Source: an uncultured delta proteobacterium | GTDB lineage: Bacteria > Myxococcota_A > Polyangia > Polyangiales > JAFGIB01 | Direction: 5' to 3' | DNA: 64,000 bases | Assembly (NCBI GenBank): GCA_963778655.1 | Contig: CAVZVA010000010.1 | Location: 1,024,001 to 1,088,000, forward strand | In this document: positions 22,880 through 32,178 of the stretch, piece after piece | How the letters are laid out: each line of letters begins with the position of its first letter | How positions within the stretch are numbered: position 1 is the stretch's first letter | Made by a program: the position numbers and the translations under genes | The notes under the pieces: model-generated | Told to the model about the DNA's origin: nothing | Seen by the model: only the letters and a program-made list of their open reading frames with translations | The model's database searches: none

Positions 22880-23308
22880 ATGGCTGACCTCCCCACTGTG
22901 CTCGCGCTCGAAGTCGCCACCCCGCTCGGGATGGCGCTATCGGTGCAGACCGACTCGGTCCAGGTGCCCAGCGTGGCAGGTGAATTCGGCGTGCTGCCGG
23001 GGCACGTGCCGTTGCTTGCGGCGCTCAAGCCGGGGATCTTGAGCTACCGCAGGGACGGAAAGCTGGTGCATGTGGCGGTGGGCGCGGGCTACGTGGAGGC
23101 CAGCGCCGACCGCGTGCGCCTGATCGCCGAGTTCTTCCTCGAGCGCGCCCAGGTGAACCTCGAGACTGCGCAGAAAGACCTACACGCCGCCGAGGCCAGG
23201 CTCAAAGAGAGCAAGGGCACGCTCGACGACGTGGAGTATCAGGACGCCCAGCGCGACTACGACTGGGCGCAGGCGCGCCTGACCCTGGCCGGCGGCGAGA
23301 GCAATTAG
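22880..23308 (+). CDS. atpC: ATP synthase F1 subunit epsilon
   Basis: LEVATP, GEFGVLPGHVPLL; follows atpD. Confidence 0.95.
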   Translation: MADLPTVLALEVATPLGMALSVQTDSVQVPSVAGEFGVLPGHVPLLAALKPGILSYRRDGKLVHVAVGAGYVEASADRVRLIAEFFLERAQVNLETAQKDLHAAEARLKESKGTLDDVEYQDAQRDYDWAQARLTLAGGESN

Positions 23309-23337
23309 CTCCCGCCCGTGGGCGCGGAACCGTCCGA

Positions 23338-23404
23338 AGTCCACAGGAAGGCGGGAAGACGGGAAGGGCCGTCGAGCTTTGGCCTTCCCGCCTTCCTGTG
23401 GACT
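23338..23404. repeat. REP-like palindrome with perfect 21-bp arms after the atp operon
   Basis: AGTCCACAGGAAGGCGGGAAG ... CTTCCCGCCTTCCTGTGGACT. Confidence 0.88.
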
Positions 23405-23527
23405 CATCGAAGCGCACGCCTCCGCATGACTGTTCGCCGGGCTTGCGTCGAGGCTCAGGCGGTCCGCGTCTCGTCAAGACAAAGCCCGGCCGGGTCGGTC
23501 CCGTTATCCCTCGGTGAGGCCCCTGAC

Positions 23528-23542
23528 TGGCACGGATACCGC
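23528..23542 (+). promoter_or_regulatory. Possible sigma54 -24/-12 promoter
   Basis: TGGCACG-GATA-CCGC with correct GG-N10-GC spacing but a non-consensus -12. Confidence 0.35.
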
Positions 23543-23626
23543 GGGCCGTCCCAAGCCGCGGATCGTGGCTCCGAGCTGCGTTTGCACCCTTGCGAGACGG
23601 CGCAAACCCGATTAGTTTCGCCCGCC

Positions 23627-24487
23627 ATGCGTGGTCTCACCGCTATGGCTTTGGGGGCAATCGTGCTCGGAGGGCTGGTCCTGCCGGCCACCGCCGCAGC
23701 CGATCAGCGCCAGGACTGGTTGGTCGCGGCGCCCGAAAAGGGCAACTACCTCAACCTCGACTTTGTCTTCGGCGCGCTGCAAGCCGGGTTCGAGGAACGG
23801 ATGCCGGTGTACGGCGGCGCGAACATGTTCACGCTGCGCGAAAGCGCGATCGCGGCCTGGCCTTTCGGTGGCGGGCAGGTCGATGCCGAGATCCGCATGC
23901 TGGTGCTGACGCTGGGCGTGACCGGAGGCTTCCACAGCGTGTGGCGCAACGAGACCTTCTTGCCGGGACAGCTGATGGACCGCAAGGAGCGCCGCGCGCG
24001 CGACGCGGGCGGCGACTTCAACACCGACAACTTCGGCTTCTGGGAGGGGCGCGCCTCGCTCGCGCTGCCGTTCAACGACTACGTCGTGTTCAACGCCCAG
24101 ACCGCCTGGCACATCACCGGCGCTACCAAACGCAGCTTCGACTACGACGCGCAGGTTGTGGACGACGGGCGCTTCGAGCGCACCGACTTCCAGCTCTTCC
24201 TCAAGCACGAGCGCATCGGCGCGCTCGCGCCCACCTTCGAGATCCTGAGCTTCCCGCTCGACAACAGCTGGCACACGCAGCTCAACTACGGCTTCACGTT
24301 CGTCACGCGCGCGGGCCTGGTGCGCCGAGACGATGTGCTGATCTGGCAGATGATGTTCCACTCGGGCTCGATCTTCGGCGCCGGCTACGACAACCGCGAC
24401 GTATACGGCTCGGCCACCTTCCGCGGCCCGCTCACCTTCCTGCTCGCGTACCGCTCGCAGATCGACTTGGGCGGCGGCGACGACTAG
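23627..24487 (+). CDS. Exported hypothetical protein, possible outer-membrane beta-barrel
   Basis: Signal peptide ending in AAA-D; alternating aromatic/hydrophobic beta-strand pattern. Confidence 0.7.
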   Translation: MRGLTAMALGAIVLGGLVLPATAAADQRQDWLVAAPEKGNYLNLDFVFGALQAGFEERMPVYGGANMFTLRESAIAAWPFGGGQVDAEIRMLVLTLGVTGGFHSVWRNETFLPGQLMDRKERRARDAGGDFNTDNFGFWEGRASLALPFNDYVVFNAQTAWHITGATKRSFDYDAQVVDDGRFERTDFQLFLKHERIGALAPTFEILSFPLDNSWHTQLNYGFTFVTRAGLVRRDDVLIWQMMFHSGSIFGAGYDNRDVYGSATFRGPLTFLLAYRSQIDLGGGDD

Positions 24488-24582
24488 GCGAAAGGTAGGC
24501 CTGGGGCGCCACAGGCCACCCGGCGCTTGGTCCGACGCGGCTGCTGCGTCGCCGATTCGAGCAAGGCGGGGAGCCGCGGCGG

Positions 24583-25284
24583 CTACGTGTCCGAGTCGAG
24601 CGCCTGCAGCGCGCGCTCGGCTGCGGCCTGCTCGGCTTCGAGCTTGCTGCGGCCCTCGCCGAGGCCGAGCTGCTGGCCGTCGAGCAACAGTGCCACCTCG
24701 AAGCTGCGCGCGTGGTCGGGGCCGCTCGAGCGCAGCAGCTCGTAGGTCGGCGGCCGCCGGCCGCGGCTCTGCAACGCTTCTTGCACGCGCGTCTTGAAGT
24801 CGCGCGCGCCCGGCGCGCTGTCCAGCAGGCGCTGCTCGAACATCGCGCGGCACACGCGCAGCGCGGTCTCGGCGCCGGCGTCGAGGTAAATCGCGGCCAC
24901 GCACGCTTCGAGCGCGCTCGCGAGCAGCCGCGGCTTGTCGCGGCCGCCCGAGCGCTCCTCGCCGCGGCCCAGGCGCAGCGCCGGCCCCACCGCCATGCTG
25001 CGCGCGATCTGCGCCAGCCCCTCCTCGCACACCAGGTCCGCGCGGCGCCGCGTCAGCTCGCCTGCGGTCGCCTGCGGAAAGCGCTCGATCAGCAGTGCCG
25101 AGACCACCCACTGCAGCACCGCGTCGCCCATGTACTCCAGGCGCTCGTTGTCGGTGCGGGCCAGCTCGCTGCGCTCGTGCGCGAACGATGAGTGCGTGAG
25201 CGCGTCCATCAGTAGCTCGAGGTCGCCGAACTCGTGACCGAGCCCGGCCTGCAACGCGCGCAAGACGTCATCCAGATCGACCAC
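24583..25284 (-). CDS. rnc: Ribonuclease III
   Basis: ALTHSS, NERLEYMGDAVL signature, EA.VAAIYLD, dsRBD (DFKTRVQE...GEGRSKLEAEQAAA). Confidence 0.97.
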   Translation of the reverse strand: MVDLDDVLRALQAGLGHEFGDLELLMDALTHSSFAHERSELARTDNERLEYMGDAVLQWVVSALLIERFPQATAGELTRRRADLVCEEGLAQIARSMAVGPALRLGRGEERSGGRDKPRLLASALEACVAAIYLDAGAETALRVCRAMFEQRLLDSAPGARDFKTRVQEALQSRGRRPPTYELLRSSGPDHARSFEVALLLDGQQLGLGEGRSKLEAEQAAAERALQALDSDT

Positions 25285-25322
25285 GCGTCCCTAGTCTACA
25301 CCGAGATCGCCCCTGTGCGCGC

Positions 25323-25350
25323 TTGACACCCGCGACCCCCGGGAAACACT
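25323..25350 (+). promoter_or_regulatory. Probable sigma70 promoter for tRNA-Leu
   Basis: Perfect TTGACA, 16-nt spacer, AACACT, 15 nt before the tRNA. Confidence 0.5.
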
Positions 25351-25365
25351 GTGCGCTCGGGCCGC

Positions 25366-25448
25366 GCGAAGGTGGCGGAATTGGCAGACGCGCCAGATTT
25401 AGGTTCTGGTGTCCAACGGGCATGCGGGTTCGAGTCCCGCCCTTCGCA
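25366..25448 (+). tRNA. tRNA-Leu(TAG), CCA not encoded
   Basis: Acceptor GCGAAGG/CCTTCGC plus A; D arm GGCGGAATTGGCAGACGC; anticodon arm CCAGA-TTTAGGT-TCTGG; long variable arm; T arm GCGGG-TTCGAGT-CCCGC. Confidence 0.97.
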
Positions 25449-25617
25449 CTGCGAGACGCGCTTGGCGCTGGGGGCGCCGCGCCGCCGACCACCGAAGCGT
25501 GACCGGGCGTGCCGCCACTGCGCCCGACGTGGCAATTCACGGCGGACCGGCGTGGATGGGGCTCTGGCGCCATCAACTCTCGACAAGAGCGACTCGGGGT
25601 GAACTACTATTGTGAGC

Positions 25618-26323
25618 ATGTCTGGCGTACCGGCCGCAGCGCGGGCCCTTCCGCTGATGCTGCTAGCAGCGTGCGGCGCGTCGAAGCCGATCGAGCGGCC
25701 CGCCGCTCCACCGGCGGTGATTCGCGAGGCGCCCGCGCCTGTTCCTCGAACCGACCTCTACGCCGCCGACGAAGCGTTGGAGGACGTCTTGTCAGGCCCG
25801 CTCGAGTACGTCGGCACGGGTCGATGGCCCGGTGTCGAGCGCTCGTACACTTGCGCGTTCCGCAACGCGCGCGTGCTGGTCGTGAACGCCTACTGCACGC
25901 CCACGGAGACTCCGGCCTTTCGCATCGATGTCTACTCGCCCGGCCGTGGGCGCCTGCGCCTCTACGCGGAAGCCAACGGCCCCGTCAGCATCCGCGAATC
26001 GCGCGCTCTACTCTTCCTTCGTGGCAGAGACCGAGCCCCCGCCCGGCTCGGACTCGCCCGTCGGGGACTTGGCACTGACGATGACCTTCGACGAGCTTCG
26101 AGGCTACGAGCAGGAGCGCTACGACGCTTACCTTCCAGGCTGCTATGCGGGTGAGAAGCACGAGCAACCGGTCAAGGGCTGCCTGGGCTCGCTCGCTTCC
26201 CACGCGGAGGCGTGGGTGGCCCGCAATCGCGACTTCCTGGCACATGCCAGCGGAGACTGGTACCGGGTGGTTCGCATGATGCGCGAGCTGGCGACGCGCT
26301 ACGGCAAGGACCCGGCGGAGTAG
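25618..26323 (+). pseudogene. Lipoprotein of unknown function split by a frameshift near 25996
   Basis: LLAAC lipobox. Frame 1 reads well to ...AEANGPVSIR and then degrades; protein-like text continues in the 25928..26323 frame (RALYSSFVAETEP...RYGKDPAE). Confidence 0.7.
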
Positions 26324-26338
26324 CGGCGCGGTTACCCG

Positions 26339-27938
26339 TCACTGGCCCACGAATGTGGTGACGCTCTGAGCGTCGAGGGTCACCGAGGCTTTGTGGTCGG
26401 TGACCGAGACGGTCCCGTCGTCGCTCAGGTTCTTGGTTCCCGATGTGGTGATGACGGAGAACGCATCGGCGCAGCCGCCGTAGATGTCGAGCGTGATGTC
26501 TTGAGGGGAGGTGCTCTGGTTGACGGCGACGGCGACAATCCGACCTTCGCCGCTCTTGTACGCCGTGACGCTGACGCCGGAGGCGGAGGGCTTGCTGATC
26601 GCGACCCGTGTGAAGCCGGGCCGGATGAACTTCGCGTACTGCGCAAGCAGATAGCCGCGCTTGCTGACCATTCCATCCTCGGTGAGCAGACCGTAGCTCC
26701 TGCGAATGTACCACCACACGTAGGCGCTGAAGTTGGCCGCCATGCAGTCGTTGACTTCCTTGCCCACGTCGAGCGCAAGCGGCCAGTCGTTGGCGGAGCT
26801 ATTGCTGTCGGTGTAGTGCTCGGTCATCCACACTTCCTTGCCCTTGCTTCGCGCGAGCGGATAGTCCGCCAGGCCGCCGCCGTAGATGTGGCCGCCGATA
26901 ATGGCGACGTGGGACGCGGCGGCTGCGTTGTTGAGGATCGGATCGGTCAGACCGTGGTCGAAGTGGAACGACTCGGCCACGATCAGCTTGGTATCGCCGA
27001 ACTTCGATCCCTCGCTGGTGAGCCAGTTGATGAACTGCGACGAGCTCCAATCGCACGACTCGTACTGAACCTGGATGTCCGGCTCGTTCTGAACCGAGAT
27101 CGCGTAGAGCGACACGCCGTTCGACTCCATGTAGTCGCGGAACGACAGCAAGTGGTCCGCGTAGGCGTCGTAAGAGCCCGTGCTGAGCTCCCCGCCGACG
27201 GTGTTGTTGTTCGTCTTCATGTTCGCGGGAGGCGTCCATGGCGTCGCGAACACGATCGCGTCGTGGGCCACGGCTCGTTGCGCCGTGGGTACCTCCTTTG
27301 CGAAGTCGTTGGAGTCGAAGGGGATGCGCACGCGTAGGATCGACAAGCCGAGCTGACCCGGGCCGTTGCCGAATGCGGTCTCCGCCTGGTCCGCCGTGAG
27401 ATCGGCGATCCAGCCGGGCACGTTGATCCCGCCGAAGCCGCGGATGGTTTGGTACTCGGTGTCGAGGTCGATGTTGGCATCGCCGTCCTGATCGCTGCCT
27501 GTCTTGACGTCGCAGCTCGGGGCGCCAGCGTTTCCGTTCGCGCCGGCGTCTGGGCCGCCGGCGTCGCCCGAGTCGCCGCCTGCGCCACCCGTCCCGCCTG
27601 CGCCGCCGCCATTGTTGCCTCCACCGCCGGCGCCCGAGAGACCCGCGTCCATGCCGCCCGCGTCGCCGACGCTCATGGCAGAATCCGCCGGCGCCCGAGC
27701 CGGCGCCGCCCAGACCCGTGGCTCCGACGCCGCCCGTGCCGGGCCCCGTTACACCCCCAGCTCCGCCGTTGCCGCCAGCGCCGATCGCCGCTCCGCCGCC
27801 TCCGGCCCCGCCCGTCTGGAAAGCGCTTCGCCCGCCGTCTTTGGGACCGTCGCTCGGTCCACCACTGCACGCGGCGCCCAGCGCGAGCGCGAGCGCGGCG
27901 CACCAGAAGATCGAACCCAACCTTTCGAGACTGCTCAT
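26339..27938 (-). pseudogene. GH30_8 glucuronoxylanase lipoprotein, frameshift in the Gly linker near 27683; catalytic ORF 26339-27676 intact
   Basis: QTIRGFGG, AFGNGPGQLGLSILRV, SVQNEPD, WMTEHY and WWYIRRSYG resemble XynC-type enzymes. The signal peptide/lipobox LGAAC is in another frame from 27938; removing one T gives ...GGSAMSVG. Confidence 0.85.
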
Positions 27939-28020
27939 CCAGTGCTTTCCTCGCAGTTGCGCCGAAGCGGCGCGGTGTTCGCGACGTGCTCAGAATCGGG
28001 CGCAGCGCACGCGGCTCGCG

Positions 28021-28752
28021 CTACTGCCGATCATCCGCGGCGGAGGCCGAATCACAGACCTGCTTGGCGCGGGCCGCGGCGGGTGACTGCGGCGCGAGCT
28101 GCGCCAGCTCGGCACGGCCTTCGCTGACGCGTCCCAACGAGCAGAGCGCTTGGGCCTTGGCTGCCCGCCGGTCCTCGCTCAGCGCCCCGCTCGGGAATCT
28201 GCGCTGATGCTCATCGAGTGCCTGCAGGGCTTTGCCGGCATGGCCTGCGCGCAGCTCGGCCGTCGCCCGCGACAGCAGCGCGACCTCTTGCGCCAGGCGA
28301 TCTGGCTTGTGAGGCGCGGACGGCGCAGGCACTTTCGCGGAGGTAGCGGTTGCGGGCGAGGCCACAACCATCGGGGCTACGGGCCGAGTCGGTTCCGGCG
28401 TGTCACTGGACCCAGCGGCCGTTGTCTGAGGCGCCGCCCGTGCCGGAGCTGCGGCCGGCAGATGCCCGGAGCGTTCAGCTTGCGGCACAGGTGCGCTCGC
28501 GCTCGGCCGCAACGCCAGAAAAGCCGCGCCTCCGACGACGCACACGCCGATCGCAAGCCGGGCCACGGTGTGCCACGCCGCGGGACCCGCGAGGCCCGTG
28601 CCGTCCGCGCCGGGAGGTAGCGTGCCCGCGCCCAGCCGAGCACGCAGCGCCGTTTCGATTCGTTGGCGATCCCCGGCCGTCGCGCGAAAAGCGCTGCGAC
28701 CTGCCTGCACCAACGATCGAGCTTTCGGGCTGAGATCAACCATGACCGTCAT
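28021..28752 (-). CDS. Putative anti-sigma factor (single TM, Pro-rich linker, TPR-like C-terminus)
   Basis: Overlaps the ECF gene stop by 4 nt; LAQEVALL...ALDEHQRRFPSGALSEDR pattern seen downstream of myxobacterial ECF genes. Confidence 0.75.
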   Translation of the reverse strand: MTVMVDLSPKARSLVQAGRSAFRATAGDRQRIETALRARLGAGTLPPGADGTGLAGPAAWHTVARLAIGVCVVGGAAFLALRPSASAPVPQAERSGHLPAAAPARAAPQTTAAGSSDTPEPTRPVAPMVVASPATATSAKVPAPSAPHKPDRLAQEVALLSRATAELRAGHAGKALQALDEHQRRFPSGALSEDRRAAKAQALCSLGRVSEGRAELAQLAPQSPAAARAKQVCDSASAADDRQ

Positions 28753-29348
28753 CTTCCCTTGGTGCGCGCGTCGTGACGCGCCAGCGCCGCCTCGAATGCC
28801 TGCCGCGCCGCGCGCAGCCTCGAATAGGCCGTGTTCAGAGGTATCTCGAGGGCTTCGGCCGCTTCCGGCACCGTCAGCTCCTCCAGCTCGACCAGCGCAA
28901 ACACCTCGCGCTTGGGCTCATCGAGCTCTTCGAGCAGGCATGCAAGCAGTTGCAGCTCTGCGTTCGTTTCCGTTTGCTCGAGCGGTGTCGGGTCGTGTGA
29001 TGCCGCCTCACGCCCAGCTTCACCCGCCAGACCCGTCGCGGGCCGCGCGCGTTTCGCACGCCGGTGCGTGCTCACGGTGCGCCGGACGATGCCGTACACC
29101 CAGCTGCGCAGCGCTTCGGGTCGCTGCAGCGTGTCGAGCTTGGCGTGAATCACGATGAACACGTCCTGGACCAAGTCGTCTATGGCGTCGGGCTCGGTGC
29201 CTAGACGCCGCGCCGACGACCAGACGAAGTTGAAGTACTGCTGGTAGACGGATTGAAAGGAGGGCGTGCTCGAAGAGGCGGGCCCCGTCCCCGGGTCGGC
29301 TTTGGGGAGCAAGGAAAGGTCAGCCGCTCCGAAATCGCGTTCAGCCAT
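28749..29348 (-). CDS. ECF-type RNA polymerase sigma factor
   Basis: Region 2 (FVWSSARRLG, DDLVQDVF, LRSWVYGI) and region 4 (KREVFALVELEELTVPEAAEALEIPLNTAYSRLRAAR). Confidence 0.93.
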   Translation of the reverse strand: MAERDFGAADLSLLPKADPGTGPASSSTPSFQSVYQQYFNFVWSSARRLGTEPDAIDDLVQDVFIVIHAKLDTLQRPEALRSWVYGIVRRTVSTHRRAKRARPATGLAGEAGREAASHDPTPLEQTETNAELQLLACLLEELDEPKREVFALVELEELTVPEAAEALEIPLNTAYSRLRAARQAFEAALARHDARTKGR

Positions 29349-29361
29349 CTTCAACCACAGA

Positions 29362-29391
29362 TGCAGTGGCGACCGGAAGCGGGCTCCGTCA
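29362..29391 (-). promoter_or_regulatory. Candidate ECF promoter, autoregulatory copy
   Basis: TGACGGA-GCCCGCTTCCGGT-CGCCACTGCA just upstream of the ECF start; identical boxes and spacing at 31620. Confidence 0.6.
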
Positions 29392-30549
29392 AAAAATCCA
29401 CTCCGTGCCAACTCTGAATGTGACCGCGGCCGATCCGAGCTGGCCAACGTTTCCAATCCCGTCGATCGCGATCAGAGGGCGCGCCGTCTCGATTTGCGCG
29501 TCGACTTCGCCGACGAGACTGAGCCACTGTGCAAGGCGAAGCCGAACCTGCGCACCTGCTCCCACCGCGACCCAGGTCGTCTCGGCCGTCCGGGGTGCGA
29601 CATAGGCGCCCGTCCCGCGCGCCCAGATGTGATCCACGGAAACGCTCAAGCAGGGGGCGAGCTCGAAGCGACCTGGCAGAACGGCCCAGCAGCTGCGCAA
29701 GCTCGCGTCGATTCGATCGACGTTGGCGCCCGAGCCCGGGTGGTCGCTCGACATCAGCTGCTGTCTCAGCCATGCGTTTCCTTCGGCGAGGAAGCGCCAT
29801 CGCGCGAGCGACACCCCGCCCCCAAGGCTAAGGCCGTAGCTTGGGTGGGGCAAGGGCCCGATCCCGAGCGACACCAGGGGTAGCTGGATCAACGCGCGCC
29901 AGCGACGCGTCGCACCCGCGCCGTCGCTGGGCGTTTGCACCCGCGGCGCCTGCGGCTCGGGCGAGGCTTTGGTTGCGGGCGCGGGTTGGGTTTCTCTTGC
30001 GGGCGACGGTTGCGCTGTTGGTGCAGGCGTCGCCTCGGACGCTCGGGTCCCGGCGTGCCCATTGCGCGCGCTGCCCGAGCTGGACCCGGCTGCCGCGCCG
30101 GTCGAGCTGGTGGGGCCGGGCCGCTCGCTGCCGGCCAGAGCGCTCTGGCTGAGCGGCTCCGGCGAATTGAGCAGTAAGGCGAGATTGATGGCGGTGGCGC
30201 CGGCGAGATCGGCACACGATTTTCCGTCGATGTTGCGCTCGCCGACCAAGTTGGCGGTGCGTACGACCAACCTCAAGTGCAGCCGGCCGTCGTCGTTGCG
30301 CGTGATCGTCGCCTCGGCGCGCAGCAACGGCCCGCTCGACTTCGACGAGCCCGCGAGCTTGCGAATGCGATCCCGCACTTGCTGTGCTCCCGGGCAGCCG
30401 GGCGGCGCATTCCACGTAAGCTCCACGGGCTCTCGAGATTGCGCGCGGGCCTGCAGAGGCAGGACGAAGGCGGAGAGAGCCACGAGCGCGGCCGCGCTCG
30501 GGCCGGTTCTGCCCAAGCCGTCAGCGGGTGCTGCGGATCGTGACGTCAT
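29389..30549 (-). CDS. Exported protein of the ECF-associated cassette (N-terminal W.AP.GCP domain, Pro-rich linker, beta-rich C-terminus)
   Basis: Signal peptide; VELTWNAPPGCP...SCADLA; terminal aromatic strand RVGTEWIF. Confidence 0.75.
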   Translation of the reverse strand: MTSRSAAPADGLGRTGPSAAALVALSAFVLPLQARAQSREPVELTWNAPPGCPGAQQVRDRIRKLAGSSKSSGPLLRAEATITRNDDGRLHLRLVVRTANLVGERNIDGKSCADLAGATAINLALLLNSPEPLSQSALAGSERPGPTSSTGAAAGSSSGSARNGHAGTRASEATPAPTAQPSPARETQPAPATKASPEPQAPRVQTPSDGAGATRRWRALIQLPLVSLGIGPLPHPSYGLSLGGGVSLARWRFLAEGNAWLRQQLMSSDHPGSGANVDRIDASLRSCWAVLPGRFELAPCLSVSVDHIWARGTGAYVAPRTAETTWVAVGAGAQVRLRLAQWLSLVGEVDAQIETARPLIAIDGIGNVGQLGSAAVTFRVGTEWIF

Positions 30550-31483
30550 CCACGTAGAGGGTCGAATCGGCGGGCATCAGTCCCGTAGCGAGATTGCCGA
30601 CGTACCATTGGCCCCAGCTCGAATCGTCGGTGACTATGCCTTTCGCGTCGAGCAGAAGTTGCCCATCCTGGTAGAGCGCAACCTCACCCGTCGCGTCGGC
30701 CGCGCGCTCGAGGTATAGCTCGAGGTGAAACCAAGAACCGATCGGGATCGGCGTGGGATTCGCGGGGCGGCGCGTCATGCCGTTCAAGAAATCGAAGACC
30801 ACGGCCTGCAGGCTACCATCCGGCCCATTGACCAGCGAAATGTCCCAGAGCCCGTGCTGGACGGGGCTATTGGCGTCGCCGCCCTGGAAGTGCACCAGGT
30901 TCCAGTTTCCCGAGCTCATAGCGAGCGCCGGTACGAAGTACCATGCGCCGTAGTACGCGGCAGCTGGCAGGACGCCCTGGCGTACGCAGCGCGCCTGGTG
31001 AGCCGTCGGGTCGCCGCTGCGCACGGTGAATGCCGCGGCGTAGTGCCCGGAATGCACCGGAGAGGTCACGGTCACATACGTCGCCATGGGATCGCCGTAG
31101 CAGAAGCCCGCCACCTGCGTGTAGTCGCAGAAGCGATTTTCAAATCCGGTAGACCAGGGAACACCGACGGGCTCGGTCATGTTCGGAATCGGCGTGCTGG
31201 CGTCGTTCTCCTCGCACGCCCAGTGGCCGACGTTGAGCTTGGGTTCACAGGCTGCAAGCCCGCCCAGCGCGGCGAGCGCGAGGCCGACCTGCAACAGCCA
31301 GCTCGAGTCAGCCCGCGCCTGCGGTCCGCGTTGCTCAGCTGAGCGCGACCTTCTGGTGCGGCGCCCGCGAGGTAGAATCAATCCTCGCGAGCGATGCGGG
31401 CCCGATCGCGGCGTTACCGCAGCTTGAGCGATAGGGAGTATTCCTGCGCTGCGGCGCTTTATGCTCGGACCCACCTCCCTCAC
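30521..31483 (-). CDS. Lipoprotein with a polysaccharide-lyase-like/ConA jelly-roll domain (start uncertain)
   Basis: LAAC lipobox; GFE, VHSGHYAA, YYGAWY, PIGSWFHLE, YVDDV pattern. Confidence 0.65.
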   Translation of the reverse strand: MREVGPSIKRRSAGILPIAQAAVTPRSGPHRSRGLILPRGRRTRRSRSAEQRGPQARADSSWLLQVGLALAALGGLAACEPKLNVGHWACEENDASTPIPNMTEPVGVPWSTGFENRFCDYTQVAGFCYGDPMATYVTVTSPVHSGHYAAAFTVRSGDPTAHQARCVRQGVLPAAAYYGAWYFVPALAMSSGNWNLVHFQGGDANSPVQHGLWDISLVNGPDGSLQAVVFDFLNGMTRRPANPTPIPIGSWFHLELYLERAADATGEVALYQDGQLLLDAKGIVTDDSSWGQWYVGNLATGLMPADSTLYVDDVTIRSTR

Positions 31484-31619
31484 GATCCCTTGATCCTATC
31501 TCGCGGGCGCTGCACTGGGCGACGCGACCATGCGCGTACTGTTCAATGGAAGCGGCGCTTTGTCACCCGACTTCGAGGTGTGCCGGCGCTTCGGACCCGC
31601 GAGGGCTCGAAGAATTGCG

Positions 31620-31649
31620 TGACGGATTCGCGATCGGGCCGCCACTGCA
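31620..31649 (+). promoter_or_regulatory. Candidate ECF promoter upstream of the GH43-GH10-CE15 block
   Basis: TGACGGA-TTCGCGATCGGGC-CGCCACTGCA. Confidence 0.6.
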
Positions 31650-31714
31650 CGAGGTATGGCGCTAGGCCGAGGCCGTTCGAACCAGGCCCCGCGGATACTT
31701 CGCGGCGGTCGTCC

Positions 31715-32116
31715 ATGAAGCGATCGCTTCTTTGGGCCTCGTGGCTTGCAATGACTGGGACGCCTCTCGCGTGCTCCGGTGCTCGAAAGGACGCCGCGAC
31801 CGGAGGCGCGACTGGGTTGACCGACGGAAGCCCCGGCGCTGTCGTGCCTGGAGTTGGAGGCAGCGCCGGCAGCGGCGTCGCGACCGGCGGCAACGGCGCT
31901 TGCCCTGCCGGCGGGGCGAGCGCCGTGAGCGGCAGTCGACACCTTCGTCGCAGCGACGCTCGGCCCCGAATGGGAGTGGAACCACAACCCCGACGACAGG
32001 AAGTGGTCCGCGGGCGGCAAGTCTTCATGGGTTATCGCTTCGCGATCGTCAACTACGCCACCCAGGCGCTGGGTGGCTCGGTGAGCGCGAGCTCCTTCGA
32101 GCTCGAGGCGCCATGA
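31715..32116 (+). pseudogene. GH43 xylosidase/arabinofuranosidase remnant with large internal deletions
   Basis: Lipoprotein signal (PLAC) plus Gly linker; then, in a shifted frame, VDTFVAATLGPEWEWNHNPDDRKWS; then FMGYRFAIVNYATQALGGSV. Both fragments resemble the C-terminal domain of GH43 enzymes; the catalytic propeller is missing. Confidence 0.75.
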
Positions 32117-32178
32117 ACGCCACGCCGAGACGCAGGCGCTGTGATTGTCGGCTGCGCTCGCGGGAACGGGGACAAACC

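Noticed and set aside
25493..25521. Third copy of the ECF promoter motif (CGCCACTGC)
   Set aside because: The -35 box TGACGGA is absent at the 13-nt spacing; the same applies to a weak site upstream of the GH30 gene.
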